IMG/VR virus record: IMGVR_UViG_2667527588_000004
From: a virus
Lineage: Duplodnaviria; Heunggongvirae; Uroviricota; Caudoviricetes
Length of the DNA: 32,608 bases
Direction: 5' to 3' (one strand)
Below are positions 8,668-16,906 of the stretch, piece by piece. The position numbers and the translations under genes are program-made. The stretch's first letter is position 1, and every line of letters starts with the position of its first letter. The notes below the pieces were generated by a model, which did not search any database, was not told the DNA's origin, and was given only the letters and a program-made list of their open reading frames with translations.

Positions 8668-10176
8668 TTATTCTTCGGACTGGTCGTCGGTGTGCTGCGG
8701 CTCCTGTCGTTTCGTTGCGGCACTGCTGCCTCCTTTATCACTGGCCGGATCGGTATCAAATACCAGATCCAGCTTGCGGTTTTCATCAATTTCGGCCTTG
8801 CGCCGACGTTTGACATCATCCGGATTACGACCACCAGCACGTACCCAGTCTGATTCTGTCGCCGCTCCACCACGAATCTGGATTTTCCAGGCCTCAGCCT
8901 CCTTAACAGGGTCAATCCACGGCATCACCGGTCCGGAATACACCGCGGTATACAGTGAAGAAAGGTCAAGATCGCGGGGTAGCCTGATAACACCGGATGC
9001 CACAGCCTGTTTCAGCCAGGCACGATACATCGGACGGGTGACGGCACCAATAAACCAGTCCTGCAGGATCAGGTAGCCATCAGTGGATTCAACCAGCTCC
9101 TGACGCTGGGCGCTGTAAGTGCCGTTATAGTTGCGCGCTGTACTGGAAAAACTCAGACGACTGCCCGCCGCCACGGCACGCAACTGACCATTACGAAAAG
9201 TTTCAAGGTTAGGATTTGGGCGATCCGACTTCACCATTCCGATTTCTTCGCCGGGTTTCAGATCATCGTAAATAATGCCTGGCTGAATGGTAAGCTCGCG
9301 TTCCTTATCCTTGCTGCCATTACCATCCGCTTCATAGCTCTGCCCGTCGCCTTTCCGGATGTACATCCCCAGAGCAGCGGCGATCCTTGCTGCAGTCAGC
9401 TCAGAATCTTCATACTCTTTCAGGGCACTGAGGCGGATCAGCACACCGGACAATAAAGACGTCCCGCGCATCTGGTGCAGACGGCGAACAAATTTAAGAT
9501 GCAGCATTCGCTCTGCATCCACTTCTTTGGTTTCCATCTGCCGTCCGGATACGGGACGGCTTTTATACACCAGATATTTTTCGGGACGCCCCCAGTCATC
9601 AACAAACACGCCCTGATTCAGCCTGTTGCTCTCATCACTGGTCATGGGAATAAAGTCCGGCTCGAGCGCCTCCAGCCAGAAATGAACACCGGCAGAAGGC
9701 GTCAGGCTGTTTATGCGCCCGGAAACCATCTGGGCAAACACCTCACCATCGCGCAGCCAGGTACGAAGCATCAGACGTTCCAGCATCGGACGGGTAAACT
9801 GCCCGGTGACTTCCGGGCTGACAGACCATTCACTCCATCGGGTGCGAATCTCCGCAGCCAGGTCACGGGCAATGGCCCCATTGCGTAATACCGGATGTGG
9901 CTCGACAATAATCCCGTTTTTCCCCACCACCCGTTCTTCCAGCTTGTCAAATACACCAATAACCAGATCGTGGTTGTTATCAAGGTAACGGGCCTGCTCA
10001 CGTAACGACACGGCCCCGTACTGGCTTAACTGGTCGGCAGTTCGGTTCTCCCGTCGGGCTTTGTGTGTCCGCGTCGTTTTTACGGCCTCATAAGCCTGGA
10101 TCACCGCACGGGAATGCAGCCTTGCCGCTTTCCATCCTGGTGAAAAAACGCCAATCACATCATCAAGAATTGCCAT
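8668..10176 (-). CDS. Portal protein
   Basis: ~500 aa ORF between gpW and the capsid gene with acidic C-terminal tail; start chosen at ATG 10176 (MAILDDVIGVF), overlapping the W stop as TGATG. Confidence 0.8.
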   Translation of the reverse strand: MAILDDVIGVFSPGWKAARLHSRAVIQAYEAVKTTRTHKARRENRTADQLSQYGAVSLREQARYLDNNHDLVIGVFDKLEERVVGKNGIIVEPHPVLRNGAIARDLAAEIRTRWSEWSVSPEVTGQFTRPMLERLMLRTWLRDGEVFAQMVSGRINSLTPSAGVHFWLEALEPDFIPMTSDESNRLNQGVFVDDWGRPEKYLVYKSRPVSGRQMETKEVDAERMLHLKFVRRLHQMRGTSLLSGVLIRLSALKEYEDSELTAARIAAALGMYIRKGDGQSYEADGNGSKDKERELTIQPGIIYDDLKPGEEIGMVKSDRPNPNLETFRNGQLRAVAAGSRLSFSSTARNYNGTYSAQRQELVESTDGYLILQDWFIGAVTRPMYRAWLKQAVASGVIRLPRDLDLSSLYTAVYSGPVMPWIDPVKEAEAWKIQIRGGAATESDWVRAGGRNPDDVKRRRKAEIDENRKLDLVFDTDPASDKGGSSAATKRQEPQHTDDQSEE

Positions 10177-10394
10177 CAGAACCTCGCCAGCCGATACCCG
10201 GGATGCCCCCGTCGTCGTGTAATCAGAGCCGCAAGGCGGCGCTCCCACTCCTGCCGTCCCTGCCGGATCTCAGATAAGTTTTCCATGGTCATCTGCTGAC
10301 CATTAAAGGTGACGGATTTTCCGTCCAGCACCGCCATTTCAGCTTCCGTATAACGCTGAATCATGGCTTCGATATCATTCTGGTTCATAACCAT
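10176..10394 (-). CDS. W: Head-tail joining protein gpW-like
   Basis: 72 aa ORF between terminase large subunit and portal, as in lambda; ends in an RRRG motif like lambda W. Confidence 0.6.
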   Translation of the reverse strand: MVMNQNDIEAMIQRYTEAEMAVLDGKSVTFNGQQMTMENLSEIRQGRQEWERRLAALITRRRGHPGYRLARF

Positions 10395-12484
10395 CCTCCG
10401 GAAGTCAGCCAGGGGTTAACATCGTCAGTTACTGTTTTCTTCCGTTTTTGTTTTTTAACAGGCGTGGATACCGGTTCCGGTGAGGATGACGGTTCGGTAC
10501 TGTCCGGGACACACTCCAGCCAGGTTTCCCGGCTCGCCCACTCCGGTGCATCCGGCCAGCGGATCTTTTCGTATCCATGCAGAATGACCAGAGCCTCGGC
10601 ATACACCATCAGGTCAAAAGCTTCGTTGGCACCGCGACCCGGCTTACTCCATTTCCCGTCACTGCTCCGCTCTTCATACGTCAGTTCGTCGTAAAACCAG
10701 CTCCCCAGCCAGTCAGGGAAATGCACATAGCCTGGACCTGGCGAGTCACGCCATAACGCGTTATTCACCCGGTCTTTCAGGGCATCCGTCTGAAGAAGCC
10801 AGAGCGGCACATCACCTGCGGCCTGCGCCCGGCGGCCCGTTCGTCCGGTGTTATCAGGGAATGTACGGCTGATCAGTTTTGCGCGCCGGATGCTGTCGCC
10901 CTTAAACAGGTAAATACGTTTACCAAGGCCATCACGACGGCAACGACGCCAGAATTTATAGGCATTATCAGTGACCCCGTCTTCACCGCCGGAGTCCACC
11001 GCCATTGCCATCAGTCGCATTTGTTGAGAAGGATCGGAGGCCAGCGGCCAGCTTTTATGAAAAACATCCGTCAGCAGGACATCCCAGTCTTCCGGATAGC
11101 TGGCCGGATCAATTCGCTGGCTCTCCCCGTCGCAGTCACTGCGCAATGACTGCGTGATGTTGTAACGATCAATAATCCAGCGTTCGCCACGGCTGCCATA
11201 GCCCGTTACCTGAACCACAAAACGGCGATGACGTCCCGCCTGCACATCCACTGTCGCCACAAGGAAATTAACGCCATCTGGCACACTGCGGGAAGGAACT
11301 GGCTCTGCCCGCTGCTCAAGCAGTTCACTTTTTCGTTGCTCCATGCTGGCGCGGGGAAGATAAGGTAATCCCCAGTCGGTGTTGATAACCGCCCTGAGTG
11401 TTTCTTCACTTCCTGTCGCTTCATACTCCTGTTCTGCAGTCAGTAATTTGTAAACCAGTTGCGCCCAGGTCTGATACGCAGCAGCTGGCCCTTCCATCCA
11501 GAAACTGGCGATACGGGAGCGGCGCGGTTCACCGGAAACGTTGCCGTTACGATCAATGACCTGACCTTCACGCAACCAGACTCCTGCACTATTGAGCTCA
11601 CGCTTTTTCTCCGCAGTGATAATGCCGCTGCAGTGCGGGCAAAGTAGATACGCCGCCTCACTGGCTTTAAAGGGATCCGGTTCATTACGGTAGCCGGTCA
11701 TGGCATCCATAGCTGGCTGAAAATATTCACCGCAGTGCGGACATGGCCAGTACCAGCGGCGGCGGTCACCACGATTGTAAAGGGAAAGAATACCAGTCGT
11801 CGGTGGCGCTTCATGAGGCGACTTACGTCGCCATTTGCTGTCGCAGATGTCACGTCCCGGCGAGCTCTCCACCAGAGTCATCCCGGCGGACATAAATGTG
11901 GTGGTACGTTTTGAGGCCAGGGAGAAACCATCACCCTCGCTGTCGATATTCTCCGGAAAACGGTCGTAATCGGTTAAGGCGACAAACCGGTAATCCGACG
12001 ACGACATAATGTTGACCGAGGGCCAACCAATTTTAAGGAACGAGCCATCCCTGAACGTCTTATCATGGACATTATTGTCGTTACGACGTGGACTCATTCT
12101 TTTCTTTACCGCCGCACTGCTTCTGAACGTTCTGTCGAGGCGCTTTTTAGAATGCTCGCGGGCCTTATCTTCGGTCATCTGCACAACGAGCATGTCCGAA
12201 GGATCGCAAACGATGGTATAGACAATCCATCCATCGATCAGACCAATGGTCTTCCCTGTTCGCGCAGGACCAACAAAAATCACCGCATCGTATTCACGCG
12301 ATGCCAGGCAGTTCATGGGCTCAATGATGTAGGGTGTCAGTTCAGGATCCCATGGCACCGAGTTACCAGCCCCCTTGGGAACACGCATGAATTTTTTAAC
12401 AGCCTCCGAAATCGGCATGCGACGTGGTGGGGAAAATCCTGCCGATATGTCCCTTCCCAAATTTCGGGCTGATGAAAAACCCAT
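10385..12484 (-). CDS. A: Terminase large subunit (lambda gpA family)
   Basis: 699 aa; Walker A-like VGPARTGKT; CPHCG zinc-finger-like motif; sits between the small subunit and gpW. Confidence 0.9.
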   Translation of the reverse strand: MGFSSARNLGRDISAGFSPPRRMPISEAVKKFMRVPKGAGNSVPWDPELTPYIIEPMNCLASREYDAVIFVGPARTGKTIGLIDGWIVYTIVCDPSDMLVVQMTEDKAREHSKKRLDRTFRSSAAVKKRMSPRRNDNNVHDKTFRDGSFLKIGWPSVNIMSSSDYRFVALTDYDRFPENIDSEGDGFSLASKRTTTFMSAGMTLVESSPGRDICDSKWRRKSPHEAPPTTGILSLYNRGDRRRWYWPCPHCGEYFQPAMDAMTGYRNEPDPFKASEAAYLLCPHCSGIITAEKKRELNSAGVWLREGQVIDRNGNVSGEPRRSRIASFWMEGPAAAYQTWAQLVYKLLTAEQEYEATGSEETLRAVINTDWGLPYLPRASMEQRKSELLEQRAEPVPSRSVPDGVNFLVATVDVQAGRHRRFVVQVTGYGSRGERWIIDRYNITQSLRSDCDGESQRIDPASYPEDWDVLLTDVFHKSWPLASDPSQQMRLMAMAVDSGGEDGVTDNAYKFWRRCRRDGLGKRIYLFKGDSIRRAKLISRTFPDNTGRTGRRAQAAGDVPLWLLQTDALKDRVNNALWRDSPGPGYVHFPDWLGSWFYDELTYEERSSDGKWSKPGRGANEAFDLMVYAEALVILHGYEKIRWPDAPEWASRETWLECVPDSTEPSSSPEPVSTPVKKQKRKKTVTDDVNPWLTSGGWL

Positions 12485-12492
12485 TATTCCTC

Positions 12493-13020
12493 CTAGAGAC
12501 TCTCTCCTTCCTCATCAGGAATTAATTCAGCAGCACAAGCCTCGTAGGATTTTTCCTGAAGAGTGTATCGCAGGTCATCAATGGCCTGCTGTACAACGCC
12601 GACGGCCTGAGGAGTCAGGGCGCAATCGCGTTCAAGAACATCCGGAATTGTCTCCAGAACCTGGACGACAGCCTTTCTCATGGACGAATAGACGATGACT
12701 ACTTCATCAACTGGGATGAGTTTTCGCTGCTCCTTTTCCAGCTTGATCCTTTCATTTTCAGACTGGTACCAGTCCTTTCTCTCTTTCGGCTCCATACGGG
12801 ATGGATCATGAACAGAGTCTGCTGCCTCATGCTTCACACTAAACAGGGCGGGCCCGACATGCTGCAGGGCGTAAACGGGGTTCCCCCTGACAGTCGCAGC
12901 CACAGGAGTGTTGGCCGCGAGGAGCCGTTTTTTTACTGTGTCCCGGTGAAGCCCAAAGGCCTCGGCGATTTTAAAAACACTCCAGTAATAAGCATCACCG
13001 ATCCCGCTCACATTTGACAT
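12493..13020 (-). CDS. Terminase small subunit (Nu1-like)
   Basis: First gene of the packaging operon; start chosen at ATG 13020 (MSNVSGIGD) with GGAG 8 nt upstream; HTH-like N-terminus and acidic C-terminus typical of small terminases. Confidence 0.7.
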   Translation of the reverse strand: MSNVSGIGDAYYWSVFKIAEAFGLHRDTVKKRLLAANTPVAATVRGNPVYALQHVGPALFSVKHEAADSVHDPSRMEPKERKDWYQSENERIKLEKEQRKLIPVDEVVIVYSSMRKAVVQVLETIPDVLERDCALTPQAVGVVQQAIDDLRYTLQEKSYEACAAELIPDEEGESL

Positions 13021-13483
13021 AAGCAACTCCATCTGGCAGGTGAAAATCAGGTTTATTTATATATTTCAATTAATTGCAAACTGGTCTAATGACAGGGAGA
13101 AAAAAATATTGTACAGGTGAAAAGAGAAATAACTTTTAATTATCAATAAATTACCAAACATGCTGCCGCCGCCATGGAAATGCAAAAACTAGTCTTTTTC
13201 CGCGACGCTCCCGCCCCGTGGCAGGCCACCCCACCGGAAGGACCCGCCAAAATGAGAGTGATTATCACCATTGCTGATGAATAAATTGATGAAAATCATT
13301 GAAACGCCTTTCAGCAAGATAACGGCGACGGTCGTTGTTGAACTCCGTAACTCTGCTACTAAGGTTAAAAGCATGGCCATCTTTTGCCACCGGCAAATCT
13401 TCAATGGATTTCCCCTGCCGGTTTTTTATTCCTCACATTATCGCAGCCCCTCAGTGAAGGGCTGCTGTAATGCCTGCTGTTAC

Positions 13484-13846
13484 TCAGTAACGACCGCGCC
13501 TTCCGGTAATTTCATACCGGCAAATACCGGACAGCCCGGGGATCGTTATCCGCAGCTGGTTAGCCAGGGAGTTAATCTCAGCGACCAACACTGGCTTCGT
13601 ATAGCGCCATGCCGCCAGCCCTTGTCCACAGAAGCTCGCCATATCTTTTTTCTGATCAAATTCATGACACTTCATATTGAGCTGCGCACTTAAGCTGTTG
13701 CGATGCTGAAGTTCTCCGGTGAAGTAGTCATCCAGGACTTTATAGGCTGCATATTTAAATCCGGGGTTTAGCCATGCTGCATAATCATAAGCAACAAACT
13801 TCCCGCCATATGTTCCACCGTGTACACCGCGCTCAGTAAAAACCAC
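13484..13846 (-). CDS. Hypothetical protein with a KilA-N-like motif
   Basis: 120 aa ORF downstream of Rz; segment FVAYDYAAWLNPGFKYAAY resembles the conserved aromatic-A-x-W-L-S-P-E-F core of KilA-N/APSES domains; may be an N-terminally truncated remnant. Confidence 0.35.
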   Translation of the reverse strand: MVFTERGVHGGTYGGKFVAYDYAAWLNPGFKYAAYKVLDDYFTGELQHRNSLSAQLNMKCHEFDQKKDMASFCGQGLAAWRYTKPVLVAEINSLANQLRITIPGLSGICRYEITGRRGRY

Positions 13847-13867
13847 AGATTCGTGTTTTTTCTCCAG

Positions 13868-14335
13868 CTACTTAATGCGCTGGGTGCGGATATATTCCTG
13901 CGCCCCTTCCAGTTGCTTCTGCATCGTCATCAACCGTTCTCTGAGGGTGAAATAATCCCGTTCAGCGGTGTCTGCCAGTCGGGGGCTGGTTGCATTATCC
14001 ATGCTGGTGGGTCCGGTGGCTTCACGCACGGCTGCGGAGCAACTGGCATTGACCCGCAGGCGCTTACGACCAGCGGCAACATCAGCGCGCAGAGTTTCAT
14101 TTTCAGTTTTCGCATCGGCTAACTCCTTCGTGTATTTTGCATCGATCGCAGCAACATCACGCTGACGCTGCTGCATGTCAGCGATGGTGGCGGTCGCCTG
14201 CTTCAGCTCACTGACTTTTTTATCACGATGTTCTTTGTAGGCGATGGCGTTATCACGGTAATGATTCAGCCCCAGACTAAGCACAACACAGGCCACCAGC
14301 AGCATAGCAATCACTACATACAGAACACGGTTCAT
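13868..14335 (-). CDS. Rz: Rz i-spanin
   Basis: Start at MNRVLYVVIAMLLVACVVLSLGL (N-terminal TM helix) followed by a coiled-coil periplasmic domain; contains the embedded Rz1 ORF. Confidence 0.85.
   Translation of the reverse strand: MNRVLYVVIAMLLVACVVLSLGLNHYRDNAIAYKEHRDKKVSELKQATATIADMQQRQRDVAAIDAKYTKELADAKTENETLRADVAAGRKRLRVNASCSAAVREATGPTSMDNATSPRLADTAERDYFTLRERLMTMQKQLEGAQEYIRTQRIK
13930..14115 (-). CDS. Rz1: Rz1 o-spanin (outer-membrane lipoprotein), embedded in Rz in the +1 frame
   Basis: 61 aa with lipobox LPLVVSAC and Pro-rich body; C-terminus WQTPLNGIISPSENG closely matches lambda Rz1. Confidence 0.85.
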   Translation of the reverse strand: MRKLKMKLCALMLPLVVSACGSMPVAPQPCVKPPDPPAWIMQPAPDWQTPLNGIISPSENG

Positions 14336-15037
14336 ATCACCACCAACGGATTGCCCAGACCAGAACAGCGACCGCCACAAGGCGAATTGCAAAGGCCGTT
14401 GCCCGAATAAAATCAGCACTCATCTGTTTAAATAAATTGTTGTGTATGCAACCAGTGCAGTACAAATAATCCATGCAACTGGCGTCAGTATATGTCTGAT
14501 GCCCCGGCATACCGCGATGATTTTTGCGGCATCGTCAGCACCCTGCGAAGTTGTTTCTGCTTTTATCATCAGTTGCCATGTCCCTCATGACACCCATCAC
14601 CACTCACGATTTCAGAGCAACAATCAATTTTGCCAGCCCATACAGCATCGGAGACACGGCGATGCCAACCGCCACCCACTTAATGGCAAAAGCCACCGCC
14701 CGGATAAGGCAGAGATTCGCCGTATTTTCTGTCTTATCTACAAACATATGCTATCGCTGCAACCGCAAAACCAATTGCCCCGATCATTGCCGATAATGCA
14801 AGAATAATTCCGGCAATATTTGCTGCTTTAGGTGTCATACTGCACCCTATACTCAGAAAGGTTTTATTGTTATCCTTTACCTGCATGAATTATATCCATG
14901 TCTGATTTGTCAAAATGCAACCCCGGACTGTTCCCCCAGCCGGGGTTTTACTTTTATTCACTTACCTTTTGCCAGTTTGCAGGATTTCGTGTTATCCGCT
15001 CGCGGGAGCACACGCCATTTTTCAGCAAAATATTCTG

Positions 15038-15571
15038 CTAGCTGTCGATACCCCAGCACACCAGTGCCGCTTCCTGGTCACGGCGAATAACCTGTCCATA
15101 GCAGTTATTTGAACGTATGCGGCAATCGCGCCCACCATCTTTTATCCACCAGCGAATCGCCTCGCATGCACCCTTACGATCACCGGCATTCAGCCGCTTA
15201 TAAAACGTCGACGGGAAACACTTACCGGGGCCAATGTTATAGGGACAAAATGACGCTATACCCGCTTTCTGTGGTTCGGTCAGTGGTACTTTAATATTGC
15301 GCTCCACCCATGCCAGCGCCTTATCACGTTCAATAGCGTTAACCTGGTCGCATTCTTCCTTCGACAGCTTCATTCCCGGTATGACGGGCTTACCATCCAC
15401 CATTGTGGCACCACGACAGATGGTCCATATACCGGAACCATCGCGGTATGCCGTAGTGTGGTTACCCTCTTTTTCATCCAGAAACTGGTCAAGTATTTGA
15501 GGAGCAGACGCGCCTGCAGCAATCAGCGCCAGAACAGCAGCTGACAGGCCGTATTTGATTTTTGCGCTCAT
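15038..15571 (-). CDS. R: SAR endolysin (phage lysozyme)
   Basis: 177 aa; N-terminal weakly hydrophobic Ala/Gly-rich signal-anchor-release segment (LSAAVLALIAAGASA) followed by a lysozyme-like catalytic region (EGNHTTAYRDGSGIWTICRG); resembles P21 R21. Confidence 0.85.
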   Translation of the reverse strand: MSAKIKYGLSAAVLALIAAGASAPQILDQFLDEKEGNHTTAYRDGSGIWTICRGATMVDGKPVIPGMKLSKEECDQVNAIERDKALAWVERNIKVPLTEPQKAGIASFCPYNIGPGKCFPSTFYKRLNAGDRKGACEAIRWWIKDGGRDCRIRSNNCYGQVIRRDQEAALVCWGIDS

Positions 15572-15626
15572 GGATATTTATCAGGATGCTACCAATGAAA
15601 GATACTGGAAAGCCAACTGCAAAAAG

Positions 15627-15941
15627 CTAACAACCCGTAATCGAGTTATCAGAACTGTTAATTTTTATGGTATACCGCGCCTCTGAACAGGGGCGCGTTT
15701 CTGGCAACAGCTCGTCCCCTTCACATAACCCGGCAGCAACATCCAGGAAGACCTGTCTGATGCTCCTTCTGGCTGCTGCCTCATAAAACTCCAGCGCTGC
15801 ACCTTCAACACGGTCCAGCGAGATGTCCAGGTCAAAAATTTCACCGTCAAAGCGTTTTTTGTCCCGTAACGCTAAAGTTACCGTAACTTTATTCTCAAAA
15901 TTGCGGATCCCTTTCACAATCAGTTCATAGTTTTGAGTCAT
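15627..15941 (-). CDS. Hypothetical protein between holin and endolysin (possibly YdfR/DUF1327-like)
   Basis: 104 aa ORF filling the S-R intergenic position; the Qin prophage has a ~103 aa gene here; family assignment from memory. Confidence 0.4.
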   Translation of the reverse strand: MTQNYELIVKGIRNFENKVTVTLALRDKKRFDGEIFDLDISLDRVEGAALEFYEAAARRSIRQVFLDVAAGLCEGDELLPETRPCSEARYTIKINSSDNSITGC

Positions 15942-15945
15942 TGAA

Positions 15946-16161
15946 TTACTCTCCCCGTGCAGCCTTACGCTTGTCTTCTCTGATTTTGAAGTACAGATTT
16001 GTCAGATAAGTCAGGAAGCCCAGAACCAGACTCCCCAGTACACCAATCGCAGCCCACTGTGACGGACTGACCTGATCAAGCCACTGTAAAAACCAGTAGC
16101 CAGCACTGCCTGCGGAGGTGCCATAGGCAATGCCCGTTGAAATTTTGTCCATGGATTTCAT
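15946..16161 (-). CDS. S: Class II holin / pinholin (S21-like) with dual-start motif
   Basis: 71 aa [27 protein letters not shown]..., essentially matching phage 21 S21 as recalled; two in-frame Met codons (M1, M4) as in the antiholin/holin pair. Confidence 0.9.
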   Translation of the reverse strand: MKSMDKISTGIAYGTSAGSAGYWFLQWLDQVSPSQWAAIGVLGSLVLGFLTYLTNLYFKIREDKRKAARGE

Positions 16162-16220
16162 AGCCTCACCTCCGCAAATAACGGATGGCGTAGTTTTACA
16201 CTGAGAAATGAAAGGGATTT

Positions 16221-16246
16221 GAAAAGAAAAGCCCGCAAAAGCGGGC
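16221..16246 (-). terminator. Rho-independent terminator between the tRNA cluster and the holin gene
   Basis: Minus-strand hairpin GCCCGC-TTTT-GCGGGC followed by TTTTCTTTTC. Confidence 0.6.
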
Positions 16247-16453
16247 GAAACAATATATACAGTAAGGAAAGCACTCTATCCAACAAACCACCCACAGTTA
16301 ATCGGAATAAAAGCAGAGTGCTTATGAATGATCGCCTGCCCGAAGGTTAGTATTTCTGCACAGCAATTTTGCAAAAAAAAGCGATCATTCATAACTTAAA
16401 CGTCTTTCAGTCACTCCGGGATTTCCCATCATCGCAGACTGAAAGACTCTAAC

Positions 16454-16528
<75 letters not shown>

Positions 16529-16531
16529 ATA

Positions 16532-16607
<76 letters not shown>

Positions 16608-16609
16608 AC

Positions 16610-16686
16610 TGGACCGCCACCGGGGACTCGAACCTCGCACACTCAACTTAAAGGGTTGACGCTCTTTCCTGATGAACTGGTGACGG
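16610..16686 (-). tRNA. Atypical tRNA-like gene, anticodon loop CCTTTAA (UUU, Lys-like); possibly a pseudo-tRNA
   Basis: 77-nt sequence with acceptor stem CCGTCAC/GTGGCGG (one G-U), perfect anticodon stem TCAAC/GTTGA, T-loop TTCGAGT, 3' CCA; has C at position 33 and an A-C mismatch in the T-stem. Confidence 0.45.
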
Positions 16687-16687
16687 T

Positions 16688-16763
16688 TGGTGGCCCTTGC
16701 TGGATTTGACCCAGCGACCTGTCGATTATGAGTCGCTCGCTCTCACCACTGAGCTAAAGGGCC
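16688..16763 (-). tRNA. tRNA, anticodon CAU (tRNA-Ile2 lysidine type or Met; ileZ-like)
   Basis: 76-nt sequence GGCCCTTTAGCTCAGTGGTGAGAGC...CTCATAA...GCTGGGTCAAATCCAGCAAGGGCCACCA; resembles ileX/ileZ-type tRNAs as recalled; anticodon stem and T-loop are imperfect. Confidence 0.65.
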
Positions 16764-16799
16764 GGGAGCAGAATAATAACGGTCCATAATTAATTCCGC

Positions 16800-16826
16800 A
16801 ACAAAAAACCCGCTCGGCGGCGGGTT
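16800..16826 (-). terminator. Rho-independent terminator downstream of the late promoter (tR'-like)
   Basis: Minus-strand hairpin AACCCGC-CGCCGA-GCGGGTT followed by TTTTGTTG. Confidence 0.6.
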
Positions 16827-16873
16827 GTAGAAACTCTTCTAACGTCAGGCATAAAACGCCCATCGTTATGACG

Positions 16874-16901
16874 AATTTACCACAGATTCCGGAAAAATCA
16901 A
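16874..16901 (-). promoter_or_regulatory. Candidate late promoter (pR'-like) immediately after the Q stop codon
   Basis: Minus strand TTGATT - 16 nt - TGgTAAATT (extended -10-like), beginning 6 nt downstream of the Q gene stop. Confidence 0.45.
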
Positions 16902-16906
16902 CCTTG

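Noticed and set aside
8690-9988. Plus-strand ORFs inside the portal gene (8690..9076, 9475..9888, 9713..9988)
   Set aside because: Shadow ORFs antisense to the portal gene; Arg/Ser/Pro-rich composition typical of out-of-frame GC-rich sequence.
12009-12698. Plus-strand ORFs within the terminase genes (12065..12472, 12375..12698)
   Set aside because: Antisense to the terminase large and small subunit genes; no ribosome binding site or motif.
13189-13693. ORFs 13189..13404 (-) and 13271..13693 (+) in the region upstream of the small terminase gene
   Set aside because: They fall in the putative cos/non-coding region, overlap each other and the KilA-N-like ORF, and have no recognisable start signals.
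14442-14807. Plus-strand ORFs (121 aa and 90 aa) in the endolysin-Rz gap
   Set aside because: His/Arg/Pro-rich low-complexity translations with no ribosome binding site; the minus strand here carries the more plausible hydrophobic frames.
16170-16450. Additional tRNA genes in the region between the tRNA cluster and the holin
   Set aside because: No sequence there ends in a CCA-bearing acceptor stem with a T-loop; the region instead holds inverted repeats and a terminator.
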